From the IMG/VR virus record IMGVR_UViG_3300032117_000007: 64,000 nt of DNA; one strand, 5' to 3'. The position numbers were made by a program, and so were the translations under genes. How positions within the stretch are numbered: the stretch's first letter is position 1; every line of letters starts with the position of its first letter. Below, one piece after another: positions 39,837 through 47,613 of the stretch. The stretch is from an uncultured virus (IMG/VR IMGVR_UViG_3300032117_000007). Its lineage: Duplodnaviria; Heunggongvirae; Uroviricota; Caudoviricetes. The notes below the pieces were generated by a model. It worked only from the letters and a program-made list of their open reading frames with translations, did no database searches and was not told the origin of the DNA.

Positions 39837-39911
39837 GCCGGATTAGCACAGTGGTAGTGCAGCGGTTTTGTAAACCGAAGGTCGGGAGTTCAAATCTCTC
39901 ATCCGGCACCA
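39837..39911 (+). tRNA. tRNA-Thr(TGT)
   Basis: GCCGGAT/ATCCGGC acceptor, loop TTTGTAA, CCA. Confidence 0.95.
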
Positions 39912-39918
39912 AATTGTT

Positions 39919-40005
39919 GGGGATGCGGCACAGTTGGAGAGGTGCGGCAGACTGTAAATCTGTTCCTTAATTGGTGAGTTAGTTCGAATCTGACGATCCC
40001 CACCA
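39919..40005 (+). tRNA. tRNA-Tyr(GTA)
   Basis: Loop CTGTAAA, long variable arm, CCA; G7:G66 mismatch and C at position 8. Confidence 0.8.
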
Positions 40006-40099
40006 AATAAGTTTGATCTAGATACGATTGGGAAGTCTCTGGTCGTCGCGATGCTAGACAACATTCAGGCCAAGTCGTGCGGCCTAGTTTTATAATAAA

Positions 40100-40191
40100 G
40101 GAAGTGTGACCGAGAGGCCTATGGTAGCGGTTTGCTAAACCGCCGAACTCTACTAGGGGTTCCGAGGGTTCGAATCCCTCCTCTTCCGCCA
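40100..40191 (+). tRNA. tRNA-Ser(GCT)
   Basis: Loop TTGCTAA, long variable arm, G discriminator, CCA. Confidence 0.92.
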
Positions 40192-40196
40192 ATTAT

Positions 40197-40273
40197 CAGG
40201 GAATAGCTCAATCTGGCAGAGCATTGCGTTTGGGACGCAAAGGTTGCAAGTTCAATTCTTGCTTCCCTGACCA
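40197..40273 (+). tRNA. tRNA-Pro(TGG)
   Basis: CAGGGAA/TTCCCTG acceptor, loop TTTGGGA, CCA. Confidence 0.93.
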
Positions 40274-40288
40274 TTCGGGATATATTCA

Positions 40289-40450
40289 ATGAAAAGTATC
40301 GAAGAAGAAATAGAAACCAAAGAGTTTAATGATGCATTCTGGATTTGGTTTGATGAACTATCTCCAGAAACAAAGAAGCTTTTCAATGAATATAAATCAG
40401 ATATGGCAAAGATTAATTTTTATAATTCCATATGGAAACGTATTAGATGA
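40289..40450 (+). CDS. Hypothetical protein (53 aa, not in ORF track)
   Basis: MKSIEEE...FWIWFDEL...; ATGA overlap with speD. Confidence 0.5.
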   Translation: MKSIEEEIETKEFNDAFWIWFDELSPETKKLFNEYKSDMAKINFYNSIWKRIR

Positions 40451-40845
40451 TTAGCAAACTATTAACTCTTTTAAAACTTAAAGAACAAGAAACAAATAAG
40501 TTTCTTGGGAGACATGTGATATTAGATATATGGGGAACTGAAAATTCAGAAGTTTTTCTTGATATATCAGCCGCTTCTAAGGTTTTAAAAGAAATTGCCA
40601 TCAATGCCGGTGCAACTGTTCTTGATGAGAGATGGCATCATTTTGGTGAAGGGAATGGTTATACGGGTGTTATCATTTTAGCAGAAAGTCATATCTCCGT
40701 TCATACTTGGCCTGAATATGGTCATGCCGCAGTTGATATTTTTATGTGTGGGGAACCAGACCCAAGGACTACTGTTAAACCTATAGTTTCTTATTTTAAA
40801 GCAAACAAATATTCTATTCTTATTTCTCAAAGGGGACAGATGTGA
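40447..40845 (+). CDS. speD: S-adenosylmethionine decarboxylase proenzyme
   Basis: GRHVILD, GYTGVIILAESHISVHTWPEYG, DIFMCG. Confidence 0.93.
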   Translation: MISKLLTLLKLKEQETNKFLGRHVILDIWGTENSEVFLDISAASKVLKEIAINAGATVLDERWHHFGEGNGYTGVIILAESHISVHTWPEYGHAAVDIFMCGEPDPRTTVKPIVSYFKANKYSILISQRGQM

Positions 40846-41027
40846 TAGAAGCAGAAATTTATGTTCTTAAAGATGAATATTGGTGTAAATTAAAAACCAG
40901 ACAAACTATTACAGAAGAATCTTTAAAAAATTATGAATTTATAGCTTTTAAATATTCTCAAGAAAATAAGAAGGTTGCGGTTTACCACCATAAAAATATG
41001 TTGACAAATCCTACTCCTGTGGTATAA
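40842..41027 (+). CDS. Hypothetical protein
   Basis: GTGA overlap with speD. Confidence 0.4.
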   Translation: MIEAEIYVLKDEYWCKLKTRQTITEESLKNYEFIAFKYSQENKKVAVYHHKNMLTNPTPVV

Positions 41028-41052
41028 TACACCTATAAGTAGAGGTGATAAT

Positions 41053-41382
41053 ATGTCTGCGCGATTGGACCAGAAAAAAGCAGAGCATGAAAAGTGGCTC
41101 CGAAAGATGGGTGTTCATCCTGAACAACTAAAAAAAGCAAAAAAATACAAAATTCCTTTGCCTTCTTATAAAACAGAAAAAGTAAAACTTAGCAATACCA
41201 TTCTTGATGGTGGTAGAGCCAATGGAATTATGGCCAATCTCCATAAGGAATCTGCTGCTACTCGAGCGGCAATCCTTGAAAAGGCAAGTCGTGTAGTTCC
41301 CCTATATAATAAGGGTGGCTTACAGGTTGCCTTGCCTAATGAAGATATGTCTAAGATCGGCAGTCTTTCACGGCGTAACTGA
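41053..41382 (+). CDS. Basic hypothetical protein
   Basis: HEKWLRKMGV, PLYNKGGLQ; behind TTGACA...TATAAT at ~41001. Confidence 0.65.
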   Translation: MSARLDQKKAEHEKWLRKMGVHPEQLKKAKKYKIPLPSYKTEKVKLSNTILDGGRANGIMANLHKESAATRAAILEKASRVVPLYNKGGLQVALPNEDMSKIGSLSRRN

Positions 41383-41392
41383 GGAGAAAGAT

Positions 41393-41563
41393 ATGTATAA
41401 GATTGTGTACGATGTTCGGGTCATGGAAGCAGGTTCTAAGATTGCTAGAATTATTCCTAAAACCAAGAAGATGAAAACGTTTGCTGCGGCTGTAGATTTT
41501 GCCAAGAAGATTGCTAATACCAATCCTAATATTTTTGGTAAACCTTACATCGAAGAAATCTAA
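41393..41563 (+). CDS. Hypothetical protein
   Basis: GAGGAG RBS before MYKIV. Confidence 0.55.
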   Translation: MYKIVYDVRVMEAGSKIARIIPKTKKMKTFAAAVDFAKKIANTNPNIFGKPYIEEI

Positions 41564-41839
41564 TTACTTACTTTCAATCTTCTGGGAATCTTCCAGAAAC
41601 TTTTGAATAGCACCGATATTGGTATGGCAAGTCATGTTATTTTTAAAAAGTTGAACTAACAACTTTGCTACTCCAACATCTGTAAGTTTAGAGGTATCTG
41701 GAAAATTCTCGATGATTGGGCAATCAAATAAGGACTGATCTGGCATTATTACGGTCTGCTTTGTATCAGTAATAACTTCTTTTTGTGGTGCTGAACAAGC
41801 AGATACAAGAATTAGACTTCCAACTAATATCTTTTTCAT
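41564..41839 (-). CDS. Outer-membrane spanin (Rz1-like lipoprotein)
   Basis: MKK + hydrophobic stretch + VSAC lipobox, Pro/Cys content; follows i-spanin. Confidence 0.75.
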   Translation of the reverse strand: MKKILVGSLILVSACSAPQKEVITDTKQTVIMPDQSLFDCPIIENFPDTSKLTDVGVAKLLVQLFKNNMTCHTNIGAIQKFLEDSQKIESK

Positions 41840-42204
41840 TTCACATTTCCTTCTTGAAGTTCTTGTATTGTATTTCTAAGAATATCCGAACTTGGCTTGT
41901 CTTCTTTTTTAACTGTATCTGAATTCAAATATGTTGTGATAGATTCAATTCTTTGATTAAGAGCTTGATTATCTGCCGTGGCTTTTTTAATAGTTGCTTC
42001 CTGATCATCAAGAATTTGTTTCTGTTTTGCTATTTCTTCTTGTTGGGCTTTAATGATTTGTTTTAATTGGTTTTCATTTTGCTCAGCTATGGCCGCATTT
42101 TCAATTCCGGTTTTCCAAACAATATAAATAGTTGACACAGCGCCTAAAAATGCCATTCCGGCCACTATGTATATCACTAATTTATTTCCTATTAGGGCAA
42201 ACAT
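41836..42204 (-). CDS. Inner-membrane spanin (Rz-like)
   Basis: N-terminal TM helix plus coiled coil. Confidence 0.7.
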   Translation of the reverse strand: MFALIGNKLVIYIVAGMAFLGAVSTIYIVWKTGIENAAIAEQNENQLKQIIKAQQEEIAKQKQILDDQEATIKKATADNQALNQRIESITTYLNSDTVKKEDKPSSDILRNTIQELQEGNVK

Positions 42205-42426
42205 ATGGGTATCTCCAATAATTCAGGTTCAGGTTTGGTAGTTTTAAATGAGGAATATATCAAATATAATGAAAGCTTATATGCTAAGCCCAATGAGTAT
42301 ACATATTTATTAGAAGAAGTTGAACCATATAAGAAGGCCGAATTGACACCCATATTTTTATGGGATGAAGATTTAAGTTGTTTCTATATTACGTCTGTAG
42401 AAAATTTGAGCAAAAAAGGTCATTAA
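42205..42426 (+). CDS. Hypothetical protein
   Basis: Short ORF; weak support. Confidence 0.35.
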   Translation: MGISNNSGSGLVVLNEEYIKYNESLYAKPNEYTYLLEEVEPYKKAELTPIFLWDEDLSCFYITSVENLSKKGH

Positions 42427-42428
42427 TA

Positions 42429-42517
42429 TTGACATTTCATTGAACCTGTGGTATAAATAAACTTGTCGCCTTCGGGGACAAACAACATCTAACTCTCGCT
42501 TAATTAGGAGAACATAT
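42429..42517 (+). promoter_or_regulatory. hsp20 leader: TTGACA/TATAAATA promoter plus ROSE-like RNA thermometer
   Basis: UUCG hairpin 42463-42481; UCUCGCU (42494-42500) pairs with SD AGGAGA (42506-42511) with a bulged G. Confidence 0.6.
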
Positions 42518-42994
42518 ATGACATATCTAACTACATTCCCATCCTTTTGGGATAAGAACTTTGATAAGTTTTTCATTGGTTCTGATCATCTTGCCAAGAC
42601 TGTCAAGCATATGACTGATACTATGGCAAACACTTCAATCGCAAATTTTCCTCCATATAATATTGTCAAACTAGAAGAAAACAAGTATGTAATTGAAATT
42701 GCAGTTGCTGGTTTTGGCAAGCAGGATCTTGAGATTACTCTTGAAGATAAGAAGCTCATTATTAAGGGTTCGGTGAAGGCAGATACACAGCAAAATTATC
42801 TATTTAAAGGTATTGCTGATCGAGCATTCACGCGTGAATTTACTCTATATGATAATGTTGAACTTCAGAATGCTGAACTTTTCAACGGTATGTTAAAGCT
42901 CTGGCTGGAGCATATTATTCCAGATTCCAAGAAGCCACGGAAGGTTGAAATTTCAGAGACAGGCACTGAAAAGCACAAGAAGCTTTCGGTATAA
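42518..42994 (+). CDS. Small heat shock protein Hsp20 (IbpA-like)
   Basis: FPPYNI, IEIAVAGF, YLFKGIA.RAF.R.F, NGML. Confidence 0.93.
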   Translation: MTYLTTFPSFWDKNFDKFFIGSDHLAKTVKHMTDTMANTSIANFPPYNIVKLEENKYVIEIAVAGFGKQDLEITLEDKKLIIKGSVKADTQQNYLFKGIADRAFTREFTLYDNVELQNAELFNGMLKLWLEHIIPDSKKPRKVEISETGTEKHKKLSV

Positions 42995-43173
42995 TGATAA
43001 TGGGTATAATCAACCACCTTAAAAAGTGGGTCAAATCCGTTCGTGTCTATAATGACACATTCCGTGATTTAAGTATTATGTCATGTCGAGAACTCAACGA
43101 TCTTGGTATTCATAAGAGTGACATTTATTTCCATGCTCAGAGAGCATATCAAGAAAGTATGAAAAATGCTTAA
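42994..43173 (+). CDS. DUF1127 (YjiS-like) small protein (59 aa, not in ORF track)
   Basis: KKW...R.Y..T.RDLSIMS.RELNDLGI.KSDI matches the DUF1127 pattern. Confidence 0.7.
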   Translation: MIMGIINHLKKWVKSVRVYNDTFRDLSIMSCRELNDLGIHKSDIYFHAQRAYQESMKNA

Positions 43174-43294
43174 AACTTTTATCAATAGACTTGTTAGCTT
43201 TTTCAGAGAACGATCCACAAAGTTGGATTCATGCTCTGATTATAAACAACTAAGATTTAAACTACACGAGCTTAAATCATTACATCTACTCTAA
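43166..43294 (+). CDS. Small hypothetical protein (42 aa, weak DUF3563-like)
   Basis: MLKTFINRLVSFF...LDSCSDYKQLRFKLHEL; overlaps DUF1127 stop. Confidence 0.4.
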   Translation: MLKTFINRLVSFFRERSTKLDSCSDYKQLRFKLHELKSLHLL

Positions 43295-43295
43295 A

Positions 43296-43324
43296 TAGAG
43301 GGGCTTCGGCCCCTCTACTCTTTT
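43296..43324 (+). terminator. Intrinsic terminator with UUCG tetraloop
   Basis: TAGAGGGGC-TTCG-GCCCCTCTA then CTCTTTT. Confidence 0.85.
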
Positions 43325-43336
43325 AAGGAATATGTT

Positions 43337-43954
43337 ATGGAAATTACACTTGTACAACTACAAAGCATGTTTGAAACAACAAATGAAACTATACTCAATT
43401 CATATATTCCTCCGCTGAATAAGTTTCTAGAAGGTGGAAATATCAACACCGAACTTCGTGTTGCAATGTTTATTGCACAAGTTGGTCATGAATCTGGTGG
43501 TTTCACATATACTCGTGAAAATCTGAATTATTCCGCACAGAGACTTCTAGAAGTATTTCCATCACATTTTACAGAAACAAATGTTTCTCTTTATGCGCAC
43601 AACCCAGAGAAAATTGGAAATAGAATATATTCTAATAGAATGGGAAATGGAAATGAAGAATCTGGTGATGGATATCTCTTTAGAGGTAGAGGTCTAATTC
43701 AGCTAACAGGAAGATCCCTTTATACTGAATTTGCAACCAGTATTAATGCTGATGTTACTTCTGCTGTCTCTTATCTTGAAACACCAGAAGGTGCAGTGGA
43801 ATCTGCTGTATGGTATTGGAACAAATATAATCTCAATAAAGATGCCGATGCACAAGATATAATTAAAGCTACCATCACCATCAACGGGAATAAGCTTGGT
43901 TTAAATGAAAGAGAACGGCTATATGATAAAGCTCTGAGTGTATTTGGTTGTTGA
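43337..43954 (+). CDS. Glycoside hydrolase family 19 endolysin
   Basis: AMFIAQVGHESGG, ENLNYS, RMGNG...GDGY.FRGRGLIQLTG. Confidence 0.9.
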   Translation: MEITLVQLQSMFETTNETILNSYIPPLNKFLEGGNINTELRVAMFIAQVGHESGGFTYTRENLNYSAQRLLEVFPSHFTETNVSLYAHNPEKIGNRIYSNRMGNGNEESGDGYLFRGRGLIQLTGRSLYTEFATSINADVTSAVSYLETPEGAVESAVWYWNKYNLNKDADAQDIIKATITINGNKLGLNERERLYDKALSVFGC

Positions 43955-44005
43955 CAATTTCCTACAAACGTGATATAATAATAGTATTAGTAGGAGACTT
44001 GCATT

Positions 44006-46507
44006 TTGAAATTTTACACAAATGTATATCAGCGTGGAAATAAAATCTATCTCCGCGGTTATAATGGAACTGAAAGAGTTTCAAAAGTAATCAACTACAA
44101 GCCTTATATGTTTCTCCCGGCCAAGAAGAATGCTCAAACGGAATTCCATACACTCGATGGGAAACCGGTTGAAAAACTTTTGTTCGATTCTATCTCTGAT
44201 GCCCGTGACTTTGTAAAGCGCTATGATGATGTAGCCAACTTTGAAGTCTATGGCCTGAATGACTTTAAATATCTTTTTATCTATGATGAATATCATGGAG
44301 ATATTCAGTACGATCCTAGTAAGATCAATATTATTTCATTAGATATTGAGACCGATTCTAGCGGTGGATTTCCAGATATTCTTAAGGCCGATAAAGAGGT
44401 AACTGCTATCACCATTTCTCGACGTGGTGAAAAGGTTGTATTTGGTTTGAAGCCATACAAACCTAAGTCTGATAAAATCACTTATATTCATTGCAAAGAT
44501 GAATATGAATTGCTATCGAAATTTCTACATGTTTGGCAGTCTGGTCGGTTTTCCCCTGATATTGTTACTGGCTGGAATATTGAATTCTTTGATATTCCAT
44601 ATCTAGTAAATCGTATCACAAATGTTCTTGGTGTTAAAGATGCTGAAAAGTTATCACCTTGGGGAATTCTCATCGAAAATTCGGTGGAAATTCGTGGTAA
44701 AACAAACCAGACATTTACACCTGCTGGCATCAATGTTCTAGATTACTATCATCTGTATCGTAAGTTTTCATTCTCAAACCATGAAAATTACAAGTTGGAT
44801 ACTATTGCAGAAGAGGAACTTGGTGTCAAGAAACTTGATTATTCACAATATGGATCACTGAATGATTTATATGTGAAAAATTTTGAACTGTTTATCGACT
44901 ACAACATTCGAGATGTTGAATTGATTGACATGTTCGAGGAAAAATTAAAATTCATTGAACTTGTTGTGGCTCTGGCATATCGAGCAAAAGTCAATTATAA
45001 TGATATGTTTACAACAGTAAGACCTTGGGATGTTATTATTCACAACTATCTGCTTGATCGAGCAATAGTCATTCATCAATTCAAGAAAGGTAAGTCACTC
45101 CAATCATTGATGGGTGGTCACGTAAAAGATGTAAAGACTGGAATGAATCGTTGGGTAGTTTCATTCGATCTTGACAGTCTTTATCCTCATTTGATTATGG
45201 GCTATAATATCTCCCCTGATACGTATGTGATGCGCAAGGAATCATCTCCTTCCATAGATGCTATTCTCAATGGCAAGTTATCTTTTACGGATGACTATAC
45301 ATATGCTGCTAATGGTACTCGGTATCGACGTGATAAACAAGGATTCCTTGCTGCTCTCATGGAATCCATTTATAACGAACGTGTAGAATTTAAACAGAAA
45401 ATGCTTGATGCCAAGAAACAACTTGAGACTATTCCAGAAACTGAAAATGAAAAACGGAGACTAGTTTCAAACGAAATTTCACGGTATCACAATCGACAAC
45501 TTGCCATGAAAATTCTTCTAAACTCTGCTTATGGTGCTCTGGCAAATGAATATTTCCGTTGGTTTGATTTCAATCTTGCCGAGGCAATTACATCATCTGG
45601 CCAGCTAACCATTCGTTGGATCGAGATGAAGATCAATGGCTATTTGAATAAAGTTCTAAACACATCAAATGTAGACTATGTAATTGCTTCTGATACTGAT
45701 TCGGCCTATATTGAAATGAATAATCTTGTGCAAACTCTTGATGAAACGGATCCTGTCAGGATCACTAAAATTCTTGATGCATTCTGTGAAAGGAAAATCA
45801 AACCTTTTATGGATAAAGCATATCAGGAATTGGCAGACTATGTAAATGCATATCAACAAAAAATGAGGATGAAACGAGAGACCATTGCTGATAAAGGAAT
45901 ATGGAAAGCCAAAAAAATGTATATTCTCAATGCATGGAACATTGAGGGTGTGCAATACTCTGAACCCAAGTTAAAAATTCAAGGTATTGAGGCAGTTCGG
46001 TCATCAACACCAAAGGTATGTCGGAAGAATATTAAAACTGTTCTTGAAATGATTATGAATAAGGATGAAGAATCCGTGCAGCAATATATTTCAGATTTCA
46101 AGAAATATTTTATTACTCTTCCTTTCGAGGAGGTTGCATTTCCTCGGGGTATGAATAATATTGATAAGTATACCGATAAAAATAGTATCTATGCTTCTGG
46201 GACACCCATTCAAGTTCGTGGTGCTCTTCTTTTCAATAATCTCCTCAAGGAAAAAAATCTGCTTGATAAGTATATGACTATTGGTGATGGTGATAAGATC
46301 AAGTTTGCTTATCTAAAAGTGCCAAATCCAATTCGTGAAAATGTCATAGCAGTACTTGATGATTTGCCCAAGGAGTTTGGTCTTGAAAAATACATCGACT
46401 ATGACACACAGTTTGAAAAGACCTTTGTGGAACCAATCAAAGGTATTCTCGACGTAATTGGATGGTCAGTTGAAAAACGAAACACATTGATGAATTTCTT
46501 TGGTTGA
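44006..46507 (+). CDS. gp43: DNA polymerase gp43 (family B)
   Basis: DIET exonuclease, SFDLDSLYP, K...NSAYG, SDTDS. Confidence 0.98.
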   Translation: MKFYTNVYQRGNKIYLRGYNGTERVSKVINYKPYMFLPAKKNAQTEFHTLDGKPVEKLLFDSISDARDFVKRYDDVANFEVYGLNDFKYLFIYDEYHGDIQYDPSKINIISLDIETDSSGGFPDILKADKEVTAITISRRGEKVVFGLKPYKPKSDKITYIHCKDEYELLSKFLHVWQSGRFSPDIVTGWNIEFFDIPYLVNRITNVLGVKDAEKLSPWGILIENSVEIRGKTNQTFTPAGINVLDYYHLYRKFSFSNHENYKLDTIAEEELGVKKLDYSQYGSLNDLYVKNFELFIDYNIRDVELIDMFEEKLKFIELVVALAYRAKVNYNDMFTTVRPWDVIIHNYLLDRAIVIHQFKKGKSLQSLMGGHVKDVKTGMNRWVVSFDLDSLYPHLIMGYNISPDTYVMRKESSPSIDAILNGKLSFTDDYTYAANGTRYRRDKQGFLAALMESIYNERVEFKQKMLDAKKQLETIPETENEKRRLVSNEISRYHNRQLAMKILLNSAYGALANEYFRWFDFNLAEAITSSGQLTIRWIEMKINGYLNKVLNTSNVDYVIASDTDSAYIEMNNLVQTLDETDPVRITKILDAFCERKIKPFMDKAYQELADYVNAYQQKMRMKRETIADKGIWKAKKMYILNAWNIEGVQYSEPKLKIQGIEAVRSSTPKVCRKNIKTVLEMIMNKDEESVQQYISDFKKYFITLPFEEVAFPRGMNNIDKYTDKNSIYASGTPIQVRGALLFNNLLKEKNLLDKYMTIGDGDKIKFAYLKVPNPIRENVIAVLDDLPKEFGLEKYIDYDTQFEKTFVEPIKGILDVIGWSVEKRNTLMNFFG

Positions 46508-46553
46508 TAATCCAAACTAAAGTGATATAGTATAAAAAATCTGGAGAACAAAT

Positions 46554-47597
46554 ATGTCTGATATAAAAGCACGTCTTATTAAGAATTCAACGATTGATGC
46601 AACTGCAACTCTTACGGACAGTAAGGTATACGGCAAGAAGGATATGATTCCAACTACTGTTCCGCTGATTAATGTTGCCCTTTCCGGTTCCATTGATGGT
46701 GGTCTCATGCCAGGTCTTACTGTTCTTGCAGCACCATCAAAGCACTTCAAGACTGCTTTTTCTCTTTTGATGGCCTCTGCTTTCCTTAAGAAATATAAGG
46801 ATGGAATTATTCTATTTTATGATTCAGAATTTGGAACACCTGAATCATATTTCTCATCATTTGATATTGATATGAATTCTGTTGTTCATACTCCTATTAC
46901 GGATATTGAGGAACTTAAGTTTGATATTATGAGACAACTTAAGGAAATCAAGCGTGAAGATCGTGTGATGATTGTTGTTGATTCCGTTGGCAATCTTGCA
47001 TCAAAGAAGGAAGTAGATGATGCTGAGGCAGGTAAATCTGCCGCAGATATGACTCGTGCTAAGCAACTTAAGTCGCTATTCCGTATGGTGACACCACATC
47101 TTACCTTAAAAGATATTCCTATGGTTGTGGTCAATCATATCTATATGACACAAGAGATGTATTCTAAACCAATTGTGTCAGGCGGAACTGGAGTATACTA
47201 CTCTGCAAATGATATTTGGATTATCGGTCGTCAACAAGATAAGGATGATAAGGATCTTTTAGGGTATCATTTTATTATCAATATTGAAAAGTCTCGGCTT
47301 GTTCGTGAAAAGTCTAAGATTCCAATTACAGTAAATTTTGATTCTGGTATCAATCGTTGGTCTGGTCTTCTTGATCTAGCGCTAGAAGGTGGATATATTG
47401 CAAAGCCCAAGAATGGTTGGTATTGCAAGGTCGATAGGACTACGGGTGAACTTGGATCAAATATGAGAGCAGGAGACTTCATTAACAATTCAGAATTCTG
47501 GAAGGATATTTTATCAACTACCGATTTTGCAACGTGGATCAAAAATAAGTATTCTTTCTCTGATAAGAAAATTATGAATACAGAAGAAACTTTCTGA
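46554..47597 (+). CDS. uvsX: RecA-like recombinase UvsX
   Basis: APSKHFKT, YDSEFG, DSVGNLASKKE, SGGTG. Confidence 0.96.
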   Translation: MSDIKARLIKNSTIDATATLTDSKVYGKKDMIPTTVPLINVALSGSIDGGLMPGLTVLAAPSKHFKTAFSLLMASAFLKKYKDGIILFYDSEFGTPESYFSSFDIDMNSVVHTPITDIEELKFDIMRQLKEIKREDRVMIVVDSVGNLASKKEVDDAEAGKSAADMTRAKQLKSLFRMVTPHLTLKDIPMVVVNHIYMTQEMYSKPIVSGGTGVYYSANDIWIIGRQQDKDDKDLLGYHFIINIEKSRLVREKSKIPITVNFDSGINRWSGLLDLALEGGYIAKPKNGWYCKVDRTTGELGSNMRAGDFINNSEFWKDILSTTDFATWIKNKYSFSDKKIMNTEETF

Positions 47598-47613
47598 CAC
47601 AGAAAGGTTTTAA

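Noticed and set aside
39843..40192. Minus-strand ORFs 39843-40064 and 39899-40192
   Set aside because: Antisense shadows of tRNA genes.
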